Below, piece by piece: positions 46,866 to 56,312 of a stretch of 64,000 nucleotides of DNA (positions within the stretch are counted from its first letter, which is position 1; every line of letters starts with the position of its first letter). Both the position numbers and the translations under genes were made by a program. Location of the stretch: assembly GCA_038245295.1 (NCBI GenBank), contig JBBRSP010000002.1:64001-128000 (forward strand), in the 5' to 3' direction. Below the pieces are notes generated by a model, which ran no database searches, had not been told where the DNA came from, and was given only the letters and a program-made list of their open reading frames with translations. Source of the DNA: Candidatus Binatia bacterium. GTDB taxonomy: Bacteria > Desulfobacterota > Binatia > HRBIN30.

Positions 46866-47226
46866 GCTATTTGGCCGGTTTGTCATCTGGCCATCTGGCC
46901 ATGTAGCGGCTGTGCCCGGTAATTGCATTCGTCTGGACGGAGTCGGTGTGCCCTCACGCCGCCGCAGACGGATCGTCTCAAAGCTGCCTGGATTTGTTGA
47001 GGATGATCCGCCGACCGCGGGCTGGTGGCAGCCCGACTCCGTTCTGCACAACGCTGAAAACGAACTGCCGGGCAAAGCCCCATTTAGCCATTTGGTCATT
47101 TGGCCATTTGCGTTGGTGGCACCACCTGGCCAGATGTGTTGGTGGCTCCATGCGCTCATGCCCAAATGGCAAACCGGCCAAATGGCTACATGGCCCAATG
47201 GCAAAATGGCGAGATGGCCAAATGAT
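46866..47226. repeat. GGCCATTT/AAATGGCC octamer-periodic inverted arrays with an embedded 37-bp repeat
   Basis: ATTTGGCCGGTTTG...GGCCATGTAGC versus CAAACCGGCCAAATGGCTACATGGCC; small copy at 35617-35642. Confidence 0.7.
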
Positions 47227-47705
47227 CAGGCCGCCAGCTCCATCTCCAGGCGCATCTCATTCGTCGGCATGAAGCCCATCGCAGCATACAAGGGCTGGCC
47301 GGCGGCCGAGGCGTGCAGGGCGATGCGCGTAACGTGTTGCCCGCGGCACCACTCGACGATCGATTCCATCAGCAGGCGCGCCACGCCGCGGCGGCGATAT
47401 TCGGGCTCGGTGTAGACGTTGTAGACGTATGCCTCGCTTACCTGACGCTGCTGCTGCGGGCGTGGCTGCAGGAAGCGCATCGTCAGTCCGCCACCCGCCA
47501 CCACGACGCTGCCGGCTTCGACGAACCAGCCGCGATACTCGTGACGCGACAGCGCCAGATGTACGCTGGGTTCGCAGAGCTTGGCGAACGCCTCGACACG
47601 CGTGGCGTCGAGCAGCTGCATGTCGCGAAACATCGCGGCACGATGGTAGGAAACGATGGCGGCCTCATCGGGCCGCGCCAACCGAATGGTGAGTGACGGG
47701 TCCAT
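47226..47705 (-). CDS. GNAT family N-acetyltransferase
   Basis: YVYNVYTEPEYRRRGVA, LHASAAGQPLY..MGF. Confidence 0.9.
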   Translation of the reverse strand: MDPSLTIRLARPDEAAIVSYHRAAMFRDMQLLDATRVEAFAKLCEPSVHLALSRHEYRGWFVEAGSVVVAGGGLTMRFLQPRPQQQRQVSEAYVYNVYTEPEYRRRGVARLLMESIVEWCRGQHVTRIALHASAAGQPLYAAMGFMPTNEMRLEMELAA

Positions 47706-47777
47706 GCCGCTTGAGTATCACGGCGGACTTTGTCGAAGGAAGATTCTGGGCGGCGCTGCGTTTCAACGTTCGACGAA

Positions 47778-48194
47778 GTACTCTGGTTCATACCTTCCGC
47801 GACGTATTTCGCAGCTGTTCGGAAGCGTTGCATGACCGGCTCATCATGAGAGCCCGACCGGCGATAGCGCCGCCTTGGCGAGGCCATGAAGCTGAGGCCC
47901 ACAGACTTCGATAGCCCCTTCTATTTTCTGGGTTAAAAGCGGCCCCTCTCCCACTTCGAGCGGAATCTCGGAGCGTGGGAGAGGGTCGGGGTGAGGGCCC
48001 GCTTCTGAGTCCACAGGCCCAAACCCTCACCCTAACCCTCACCCTCTCCCAGAGGTTGCCGAACCGTTCGAGCTGGGAGAGGGAACTAGTGCTTCCGCAG
48101 GCAAGTTCGGCCAAACCGAACCAGGATGAGCCCGGGTCAGATCATGTTCATGGCAGCCTGTCGGATACCCCACCGTATTTGTGCCGAACACTAC
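47778..48194. mobile_element. MITE family B, copy 2 (carries CCCTCTCCC/GGGAGAGGG repeats)
   Basis: Left GCGACGTATTTCGCAGCTGTTCGGAAGC and right CGGATAC..CACCGTA..TG.GCCGAACA.TACTAAG, both matching copy 1. Confidence 0.55.
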
Positions 48195-48287
48195 TAAGGT
48201 TGACGAGGGTAGGCGTCTTGGGTCGCCCGATCGCCCACGCGCCACGCGGTTGCGTCAGCGCGGTGAAAACTCGATAGAAGGCATCGT

Positions 48288-49481
48288 ATGCAAATCGATC
48301 CGGCCGCCACCGACGTCGTCATCACCGGCATCGGCGTGGTCTCGCCGTTTGGTGGCGCGCACGATCTGGCCGGCAAGGTCGCCGCCGGGGCAACCGCCGT
48401 GCGTCGGCTCGACGGCTTCCCCAACGCTTCGGGCGCGCCGATCCGCGACATTCCCCTCGATCATCTGCCGGCCGACAATCGTACGCGCATCGGACGCCTT
48501 GATCGGCTGTGCCGGTTGTTCCTGGCGGCGGCGTTCGAAGCGGTGCAGAGCGCCGACCTCGACATCGCCCGGCAGGCGGATCGGGTCGGGCTTTCGTTTG
48601 GCACCGGACTCGGTTGCCTGCTCAGCAACGCTGAGTACTTCGAAAAAGTGGTGGCGCAAGGACCGGCGGCGGCCAGCCCGCGCGTCTTCGCGTACACCGT
48701 TTCCAATGCCGCGGCCGGAGAAGTCTCGATCGCCCTTGGTATCCACGGCGCCAACATCACCTCGCATGCCGGCCTTGCCGCCGGCCTTCAGGCTATTGGC
48801 TACGGCGCCGACCTGATTCGCCTCGGCAAGGCCGACGTGGTGCTCGCCGGCGGCGCCGATGCGCTCGGCGAAGCGCTGCTGCGCGGCTTGTCCGACCTGG
48901 GTGTGCTGCGTGATGCAAGCCCGCCTTTCCGCGGCAACCGACCCGGGTTCTGTCCATCCGAAGGCGCCGCCGTGTTCATCCTCGAGCGAGCTGATCTTGT
49001 CCACCAACGTGGCCAACCGCCTTTGGCGCGCCTCGCCGGCTATGCCGCCGGTTTCGAACCAACACTGACGCAACCGATGCGACAGACCGAGGGCCTCATC
49101 GCAACGCTACGGCGCGCCTTGGAGCACAGTCGCTGCAACGCAGCAGATATCGGCGCCGTCTTCACCAGCGCTCACGGCGGGGCTCTCGATGAAATCGAAC
49201 GACAGGCGCTCGCCGCGGTGTTCGAAGCACCGACAATGCTGCTGACGCCGAAGGCGAACCTCGGCGAAGCCTTCGGCGCCAGCGGCCTGCTGGCGATGTC
49301 GTTGGCACTCGACTGGCTTGGAAATATGCCAGCGTTCACAGCCGGCGTGGCCTCAGATCTTCACGGCGACGGACTCGCTGCCGCAATCGCCACGACGCGT
49401 TGGCAACAAGCGCGGCGCGTCATGATCCATTCCCTCTGTTACGCCGGCCCGAGCGTGGCGTTGGTGCTCGCACGCGTGTAG
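48288..49481 (+). CDS. Beta-ketoacyl synthase-like protein lacking the catalytic Cys (chain-length-factor-like)
   Basis: VVITGIGVVSP, SPRVFAYTVSNAAAG, EGAAVFILE; HAGLAAG replaces TACSSG. Confidence 0.82.
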   Translation: MQIDPAATDVVITGIGVVSPFGGAHDLAGKVAAGATAVRRLDGFPNASGAPIRDIPLDHLPADNRTRIGRLDRLCRLFLAAAFEAVQSADLDIARQADRVGLSFGTGLGCLLSNAEYFEKVVAQGPAAASPRVFAYTVSNAAAGEVSIALGIHGANITSHAGLAAGLQAIGYGADLIRLGKADVVLAGGADALGEALLRGLSDLGVLRDASPPFRGNRPGFCPSEGAAVFILERADLVHQRGQPPLARLAGYAAGFEPTLTQPMRQTEGLIATLRRALEHSRCNAADIGAVFTSAHGGALDEIERQALAAVFEAPTMLLTPKANLGEAFGASGLLAMSLALDWLGNMPAFTAGVASDLHGDGLAAAIATTRWQQARRVMIHSLCYAGPSVALVLARV

Positions 49482-50335
49482 CGAACCTCGGCCGGCATCG
49501 TCGCATCCACCTGTGCCGCGAACACTTCGCGAATCGGCGCGAACGTCGTACGGCGCAGCAGCTCAGCCAGGCGTTCGGCGGTGAAGTCGCGGCCGAAGCG
49601 CAACAGCCAGCGACCCGCCAGCGGCGCTGTCGGTGAGTCGACATCGAGCTCCCAGGGGTGGAGGTAGAAAACCGCCGGGCCGACGTCCTGCTCAAACGTT
49701 CGCATCAGTTGGTCAACACGATCGACACCGAGGAAGCGCAGGCCGCCGCCACTCGCGAGGGGCAAGTAGTAGAGGCCGGCAACGCGCAGCATCGCCACCG
49801 GAATCTCGAGCAAACCATTGGCGTGACGGAACGGGTGACGCGAACGGATCAAATGGAAGTTGCCGCTGCGGTGTTTGGTGCTGAGCATACTCGAGTCGTA
49901 GATGATGCCGGCGCTTTGTAGCGCGTCGACGTAGGCCGGCGGCGCGTCATGGATGGAAAAATACGGGGCGCGGTAACCAAGCACCTTGGTGCCGGTAATA
50001 CTTTCCAACAGAGCAACGGAGCTCGCCACGTCTTCCTCGAGAGCGCGCGGTGAGAACTGCGTTACAGGACGATGGCGAAAGCCGTGGCTGGCGATTTCAT
50101 GTCCGGCCGCGGCGACATCCCGCACCAGTTGAGGAAAATGTTCGGCAACTTCGCCGAGGAAGAAGAACGTGGCGCGCGCGCCACGCGCGGCGAAAAGTTC
50201 GAGCAGACGGTATGTGTTGAGGTCGACCCGTTCCCCCGGCGGATTTCGCAAGACCACCTCGCTATCGTGGTACCAGTCTTCGACATCGACGCTGAGGGCG
50301 TTCAGGCGACCGGACTCGGCGCCTTGCGTCGTCAC
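49439..50335 (-). CDS. Polysaccharide deacetylase (CE4, DUF3473-associated type)
   Basis: SVDVEDWYH, ATFFFLG, HEIASHGFRH, GYRAPYFS, YDSS, FYLHPWE. Confidence 0.88.
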   Translation of the reverse strand: MTTQGAESGRLNALSVDVEDWYHDSEVVLRNPPGERVDLNTYRLLELFAARGARATFFFLGEVAEHFPQLVRDVAAAGHEIASHGFRHRPVTQFSPRALEEDVASSVALLESITGTKVLGYRAPYFSIHDAPPAYVDALQSAGIIYDSSMLSTKHRSGNFHLIRSRHPFRHANGLLEIPVAMLRVAGLYYLPLASGGGLRFLGVDRVDQLMRTFEQDVGPAVFYLHPWELDVDSPTAPLAGRWLLRFGRDFTAERLAELLRRTTFAPIREVFAAQVDATMPAEVRYTRASTNATLGPA

Positions 50336-51219
50336 CCAACGCCTCCACGCTTGCGCGCAACGAAGGTTCGAAACGGCAACTGCGATCGATCACTCAGCAG
50401 GTCGAACCCGGCGCGGTCGAGCCACGAACCCAAATCGAGATTATGCCAGCGGCGAACCATCGGTTCGTGGATGATACGCGCTAGCGCCGCGAAGTACACA
50501 CCCATAAAACCGGCGCTGCGCCAGAGCCGCCATGGATTGGACTCGCGCCACTGGTCGGGCGATGGCTCGGTAGCCGCCAGCAGCCCACCCGGCTTCAGAA
50601 TGCGCCAGATCTCGCCCAGAACGGCCTCGGCGGCGCGCGGCGCCAACTCATGGAATAGGAAGCAGGCACCGACCGCGTCGAAACGTTCGGCCGCGAAGCC
50701 GGTATCCTCCGCCAAGCCCTGCACGAGCTTGATCCCCGCGGAGCGCCGCGCCGCCTGCCGCAGCAGATACGGCGAGGCGTCGAGGCCCCATACGTCGTCA
50801 ACACCGCGCTGCTGCAACTGGCTCGCGAGCGCCGCGCCGCCACAGCCGAGATCGAGGACACTGCTGCAGCCGCTCAATGCTTCGACGATGTAACCGCGGC
50901 CGCGCGGCATGGTGCCGAGCATCGAGCGATCGAACCAGGCAACGTACGCTTCGGTCATGCGCAGCGAGTAGTTACCATTCGGCAAGTTGTGGAACTCCTG
51001 GAGGAGATAGCTCGGTAGCTCACGCCGCAGCGGCAAATTGGGCGGCAACTCCACCGGACGACGGCGGCCAAAGAGGCGACGCAAGTAGAGGGCCAAATCG
51101 CCGGGTCGGTGAAGGTCCAACCGGTCCGGCCACGCCGGGGGGAGGCTCACCTGCGACCAATCGACGACCTCCGGATCGCTGGGGTAGCCTGGCAACGGCG
51201 CTGAAGAAGCGTCGGACAT
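50332..51219 (-). CDS. Class I SAM-dependent methyltransferase
   Basis: VLDLGCGG, GLDASPYLL, FLFHEL, RILKPGG; start position approximate. Confidence 0.85.
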   Translation of the reverse strand: MSDASSAPLPGYPSDPEVVDWSQVSLPPAWPDRLDLHRPGDLALYLRRLFGRRRPVELPPNLPLRRELPSYLLQEFHNLPNGNYSLRMTEAYVAWFDRSMLGTMPRGRGYIVEALSGCSSVLDLGCGGAALASQLQQRGVDDVWGLDASPYLLRQAARRSAGIKLVQGLAEDTGFAAERFDAVGACFLFHELAPRAAEAVLGEIWRILKPGGLLAATEPSPDQWRESNPWRLWRSAGFMGVYFAALARIIHEPMVRRWHNLDLGSWLDRAGFDLLSDRSQLPFRTFVARKRGGVG

Positions 51220-51318
51220 CGGCACGCGGGCTAGCAGAATCAAACGGTCCGTGTCAGCGGCGGCAGCGTCTCCGGTTGCACCTGAGGTCGCGATTCGACT
51301 ATTTCCCAATCCCTACCC

Positions 51319-52566
51319 ATGAAGACGCTTGATACAGACGTAGTGATCATCGGTGCCGGGCCGGCTGGATCGATGGCCGCGGCGCTTTTGCATCGTGATG
51401 GTGTGCGCTTGCTGGTTGTCGAGAAGCAGATCTTTCCACGCTTCGTCATTGGCGAGAGTTTGTTGCCGCACTCGATGGATCTCCTGCAGGAGGCCGGCCT
51501 GCTCGATGCCGTTCAGCGGCGTGGATTCATGCAGAAACACGGCGCCGTGTTCCTGCGTGGCGACGAAAGCTGCAATTTCAACTTTGCCGACCAGTTCAGC
51601 AACGGCTGGGACCACACCTATCAGGTGCCGCGTGGGGAGTTCGACAAGACGTTGGCCGACACGGTGGCGGCACGCGGCGTTGAGATTCTCTATGGCCACG
51701 GCGTCACGGCGGTCGACTTCGACGACTCGTGCGCGACCGTCACGATCGAGCAACCCGACGGCGTCTCCCGCTCGGTAACCGCGCGCTTTGTCCTCGATTG
51801 CAGCGGCTACGGCCGTGTCTTGCCCCGCCTGCTGCAACTGGAGCTGCCATCGCGTTTCCCGACGCGCGAGGCGTTGTTGACGCATATCACAGGCGACATC
51901 CGCCCCGACGGTCACGAAGAAGGCAAGATCTGGGTCTGCGTGCATCAGGCAGGCGCCTGGGTGTGGATCATTCCGTTTTCGAACGGCAAGACGAGTGTCG
52001 GCGTCGTCGCCACGCCGGAATTCTTCGCCCGTTATCCTGGCGAGCCCGAAGCGCAACTACGCGCCATTCTTGCCGACGATCCGAATACGGCACGACGCCT
52101 GGCGCGTATGGAAGTGACCTTCCCACCGCAACGCATCAGCGGCTACGCGTGTTCGGTCAAGCAGCTCTTCGGTCCGCGCTTCGCCCTCGTCGGCAACGCC
52201 ACCGAGTTTCTCGACCCGATCTTCAGCTCGGGGGTTACCCTGGCACTGGAATCGGCCCAACGCGCCGCTCATGTTCTCAGCCGCGAGCTGCGCGGCGAAA
52301 AGGTCGACTGGCAAGCCGACTATGCCGACTACGTGATGCAGGGCATCAACACGTTCCGCTCCTACGTGTCGGCCTGGTACGACGCCAGCCTGCTCGACAT
52401 CTTCTTCGCGTCGCAACGGAATTCGTCGACCATGCGGCAGATCTGCTCCGTTCTGGCCGGCTATGTGTGGGACAATTCTAATCCGTATGTCGCGCAGGCG
52501 GAGCGGGCGTTGACGCTGTTGGCCAAGGTTGCCCGCATGCAATCCCGGCCGGCCCAGGCCACTTAG
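51319..52566 (+). CDS. Flavin-dependent halogenase-like oxidoreductase (APE/xanthomonadin-cluster type)
   Basis: GAGPAG, IGESLLP, GFMQKHGAVF, WVWIIP, FLDPIFSSG. Confidence 0.85.
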   Translation: MKTLDTDVVIIGAGPAGSMAAALLHRDGVRLLVVEKQIFPRFVIGESLLPHSMDLLQEAGLLDAVQRRGFMQKHGAVFLRGDESCNFNFADQFSNGWDHTYQVPRGEFDKTLADTVAARGVEILYGHGVTAVDFDDSCATVTIEQPDGVSRSVTARFVLDCSGYGRVLPRLLQLELPSRFPTREALLTHITGDIRPDGHEEGKIWVCVHQAGAWVWIIPFSNGKTSVGVVATPEFFARYPGEPEAQLRAILADDPNTARRLARMEVTFPPQRISGYACSVKQLFGPRFALVGNATEFLDPIFSSGVTLALESAQRAAHVLSRELRGEKVDWQADYADYVMQGINTFRSYVSAWYDASLLDIFFASQRNSSTMRQICSVLAGYVWDNSNPYVAQAERALTLLAKVARMQSRPAQAT

Positions 52567-52577
52567 CAAGGGAACCT

Positions 52578-53339
52578 GTGGCAGTTTCATCGATCTCGTC
52601 CGTCGACAAACGCGCCCTCGTCACCGGCGCATCGCGCGGCATCGGTCGCGCCGTCGCCCTGGCGCTCGCCAAGAACGGCGCGCGTGTCGCGGTGAACTAT
52701 ACGCGCTCCGATGCCGCCGCCGCGGCGGTTGTCGAAGAAATTCGTAGCGCCGGTGGTGTCGCCGAGGTCGTGCATGCAGACGTTGCCGACGGTGTCGCCG
52801 TACAGGGCATGTTCGATCAGATCAAGAAACTGTGGGGCGGCGTCGATATCCTGGTGAACAACGCGGCCGTGACGCAGGATGCATATCTGATGATGATGAG
52901 CGAGCCGGCGTGGGATCGCGTCATCGATACGAACCTTCGCGGCGCCTACTTGTGTTGCAAGTTCGCCGTGCGCTCGATGATCGCCGGGCGCTGGGGCCGC
53001 ATCATCAACGTCATCTCACCGGCCGGCTTGTTGGGCAAAGACGGTGCCGCCAACTATGCCGCGTCGAAGGGTGGCCTGCTCAGTCTCGGCAAGTCGCTGG
53101 CGCGCGAAGTCGGCCGCTACGACATCACCGTCAATGCGGTGTGCCCCGGGCTCATCGACACCGATCTGACGGCCGGCCTGCCAAGCGAGCTACGCGAGAA
53201 ATACTTGTCTCAGATTGCCCTGCAGCGATTCGGTGCGCCCGACGACGTCGCCGCGGTGGTCGCCTTCCTGGCGTCGGATGCGGCACGCTACGTCACCGGC
53301 GCGATGCTCAGTGTCGATGGTGGCCTGACGATGATGTGA
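52578..53339 (+). CDS. fabG: 3-oxoacyl-ACP reductase
   Basis: TGASRGIG, LVNNAA, NYAASK, VNAVCPGLIDT. Confidence 0.88.
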   Translation: MAVSSISSVDKRALVTGASRGIGRAVALALAKNGARVAVNYTRSDAAAAAVVEEIRSAGGVAEVVHADVADGVAVQGMFDQIKKLWGGVDILVNNAAVTQDAYLMMMSEPAWDRVIDTNLRGAYLCCKFAVRSMIAGRWGRIINVISPAGLLGKDGAANYAASKGGLLSLGKSLAREVGRYDITVNAVCPGLIDTDLTAGLPSELREKYLSQIALQRFGAPDDVAAVVAFLASDAARYVTGAMLSVDGGLTMM

Positions 53340-53500
53340 GGCGGGTCGCAGGCGGGGCCGCCAGGGAGCACCGTAATCTCGCGCCGATCACTCCTGTTCG
53401 TCGCCCCGATTCTCGAAACTCGGAACGACGCGTTTGTCCCTCAACTCACCACTTCAATCATGCTACCAAAACCCATTCGTCCACTAAGGAGAACTGTCCA

Positions 53501-53761
53501 TTGGATCGCAATGAACTCAAAGCCGAGCTGAAACGGCTGGTGATCGACGGGTTGAAGCTCGAACACGTCACCGCCGATCAGATTCAAGATAACCAGCCGA
53601 TCTTCGTCGAAGGGCTGGGACTCGACTCGATCGACGCACTCGAGCTCGTCGTGCTCGTCGAAGAGAAATACGGTGTGGCCGTTCCCGACGAAGACGTCGG
53701 TAAGCAGGCCTTTCAGTCGATCAACTCGCTCGCCGACTTCATCGCCGCCAGCAAGGCTTGA
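53501..53761 (+). CDS. Acyl carrier protein
   Basis: GLGLDSIDALEL phosphopantetheine site; TTG start after AAGGAG. Confidence 0.92.
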   Translation: MDRNELKAELKRLVIDGLKLEHVTADQIQDNQPIFVEGLGLDSIDALELVVLVEEKYGVAVPDEDVGKQAFQSINSLADFIAASKA

Positions 53762-53778
53762 GTCGCATACAGCCGCGT

Positions 53779-54987
53779 ATGAATCGTCGCCGTGTTGTCA
53801 TCACCGGAGCCGGGACCATCAACGCCCTGGGCAACGGCGTGGCGGCCTTCCTGGAGGGCTTGCGGTCCGGACGGTCCGGCATCGGAGAATTGACCGCCTT
53901 CGACAGCCGCGGCTTTCGCACCAAATACGCGGCGCAGGTAAACGACCTGCGCGCTCCGCATTGGATTCCGGCAGCCCTGCGCCGGCGCGCCTCGCGGTCC
54001 GACATGTTGGCCTTGCACGCAACCCGTGAGGCGCTCACGACGGCCAGCTTCCCGGCACTTCCGGACGACGCCGGCATCGTCATCGGTGCGACCACCGGCG
54101 GCATGTTCGGCGGCGAAGAATACTTCCGGCGCAAGTTTCTTGATCAGGCGCGGACACGGCGCTCCAACATCCTGGCAACACCGGTGTCGACGACCGTCGA
54201 TCTTCTGGCGCAGCTCCTCGAGTGTGGCGGCCCGCGACTGACGGTGTCGACGGCGTGTTCGTCCGGCGCCAATGCGCTGGGCATCGCCGCCGACTGGATC
54301 CGTACCGGTGTCACGCCGGTTGTCCTGTGCGGTGGCAGCGACTCGTTGTGCCGCATGACCTTCTCCGGCTTCAACGCCTTGCAGGCTCTCGACCCGGCAC
54401 CGTGCCGGCCCTTCGATCGGCGCCGCGCTGGTCTGACACTCGGCGAAGGCTCGGCCATGTTCGTCTTCGAAGATGCCGAACACGCTGCCGCACGCGGCGC
54501 GAAACCGCTGGCGGAGTTCCTCGGCTACGGCATCAGCGCCGACGCGCACCACATCACGCAACCGCGTCCCGACGGTGCCGGCGCCGAGCTGGCAACACGC
54601 CGGGCACTCGAGGACAGCGGCGTAGGTATCGAAGAGATCGACTACATCAACGCCCACGGCACCGCGACGGTGCTCAACGACGTGATCGAAACACGCGCTC
54701 TGCACGCCGTGTTCGGCGTGCGCGCTGCGAAGATCCCCGTCAGCTCGACCAAATCGATGATCGGCCATTGCCTCGGTGCCGCCGGCGCCCTCGAGGCGCT
54801 GGCCGGTATTCTGGCGATACGCGAGAGCTTCGTGCCGCCGACGATTGGTCTGGAAGAAGCAGATCCTGAATGTGACCTCGACTATGTGACCGAAGGGGCA
54901 CGCTCGGCGAAGGTGCGTTCGGTGCTCTCCAACTCCTACGGCTTTGGTGGCAACAACACCTGCATCATTCTGCGCGCCATCGACTGA
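53779..54987 (+). CDS. Beta-ketoacyl-ACP synthase (active KS, FabF-like)
   Basis: TACSSG, NAHGTAT and STKSMIGH catalytic triad; SNSYGFGG. Confidence 0.93.
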   Translation: MNRRRVVITGAGTINALGNGVAAFLEGLRSGRSGIGELTAFDSRGFRTKYAAQVNDLRAPHWIPAALRRRASRSDMLALHATREALTTASFPALPDDAGIVIGATTGGMFGGEEYFRRKFLDQARTRRSNILATPVSTTVDLLAQLLECGGPRLTVSTACSSGANALGIAADWIRTGVTPVVLCGGSDSLCRMTFSGFNALQALDPAPCRPFDRRRAGLTLGEGSAMFVFEDAEHAAARGAKPLAEFLGYGISADAHHITQPRPDGAGAELATRRALEDSGVGIEEIDYINAHGTATVLNDVIETRALHAVFGVRAAKIPVSSTKSMIGHCLGAAGALEALAGILAIRESFVPPTIGLEEADPECDLDYVTEGARSAKVRSVLSNSYGFGGNNTCIILRAID

Positions 54988-54989
54988 CG

Positions 54990-56210
54990 ATGAACTTGCG
55001 ACCCGAAACGGAAATCGTCGTCACCGGTATCGGTATTCTGAGCCCGATCGGTATTGGTGCGCCACATTTCTGGAGCGCGCTCACCCAAGGGATCTCCGGA
55101 ATCCGACCGGTTGCCGGCGCCACTGCCGCGCCGACGGTTGCGGCGCAGCTCGTCGACTACGTCCCGCGCGACCTGATCCGTACACCGCACCTGCGGCGGA
55201 TGGACAAAGTGTCGCGCGCCCTGGTGGCGGCGGCGCGCCTGGCCGTGGACGATGCCGGCGTCGGCGCCGAGAGCCTGGCGTCCGATCGCTGTGGCATCGT
55301 GGTCGGCACCGTGTACGGCAATCTTGGCGAGTCGGCCCAGTACTTTCAGCGCTTCGTCACCAAGGGGCCAGCACTGGCGAGCCCGATGCTCTTTCCCAAC
55401 CTCGTGCTCAACGCGCCGGCCAGTTACGCGGCGATGGAGCTCGGTTGCGTCGGTCCCAATCTGACCGTGTGCAGCGGCGAAACCTCCGGCGAGAGTGCCC
55501 TGGCACAAGCCTGCATGCTGATCACCACCGGCAAGGCTGATATCGTGCTGGCCGGCGGTGTCGACGAAATCGATGACGTGTCGCTCGAGGGCTATCGCGG
55601 CTTCCGCGCCTTGTCGTCGCAACGTGGCGGGCGGGAATGGGGCAGCCCATACGATACCCGCCGCAACGGTGTCGTGCTCGGCGAAGGCGCCGCGGTGCTG
55701 GTCCTCGAATCGGCAACACATGCGAGGGCGCGCCGCGCGACGGCCTTGGCGACCATCCGCTCGGTCCTGCAATTCGGCGTGCCGGCGTCGACCTTTGACT
55801 GGCCACGGCGCAGTGGAATTGCGGCGACGCGATTGCGTGCCTGGTTGAAGCGCTCCGCGGCAAAGGTCGGAGCGGTGTTTGGCTCAGCCAACTCCTCGCG
55901 CTGGCTCGACACGTTCGAGTTGGCCGAGCTTGGTGACGTATTCGGTGAAGCAGCGGCAAGCGTTGCTCTGACATCAATAAAGGGAGCGATTGGTGAGTTC
56001 AGCGCCGCCGGCGCACTTACCGGGGCGGCGGCGGCGTTGGCGGTGCGTCATGGAACGATTCCACCCCTCTGCAATCTTGAGGAGGCAGACCCGGCGGCCA
56101 CCCTCTCGTTGGTGCAGCGAGCGACGCCGCGAAGTGATGGCAGCATCCTGCAACTCGGTGTGGCGCGCGGTGGCGGTTGTGTTGCCTTGTTGTGGGAAAC
56201 ACCGACCTGA
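54990..56210 (+). CDS. Second KS-like protein without catalytic residues (chain-length factor)
   Basis: TVCSGETSG (Glu at the Cys position), GSANS instead of HGT, SIKGAIGE instead of KSxxGH. Confidence 0.85.
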   Translation: MNLRPETEIVVTGIGILSPIGIGAPHFWSALTQGISGIRPVAGATAAPTVAAQLVDYVPRDLIRTPHLRRMDKVSRALVAAARLAVDDAGVGAESLASDRCGIVVGTVYGNLGESAQYFQRFVTKGPALASPMLFPNLVLNAPASYAAMELGCVGPNLTVCSGETSGESALAQACMLITTGKADIVLAGGVDEIDDVSLEGYRGFRALSSQRGGREWGSPYDTRRNGVVLGEGAAVLVLESATHARARRATALATIRSVLQFGVPASTFDWPRRSGIAATRLRAWLKRSAAKVGAVFGSANSSRWLDTFELAELGDVFGEAAASVALTSIKGAIGEFSAAGALTGAAAALAVRHGTIPPLCNLEEADPAATLSLVQRATPRSDGSILQLGVARGGGCVALLWETPT

Positions 56211-56312
56211 ACCTGGCTCCCATGCATTGTCTTTTGACAACGATCGGCCGGTCGGTGTATCCGACTCCCTCCGTTGACCGATAACGTCACAAAGCTGGAA
56301 AGGTCACCTACT

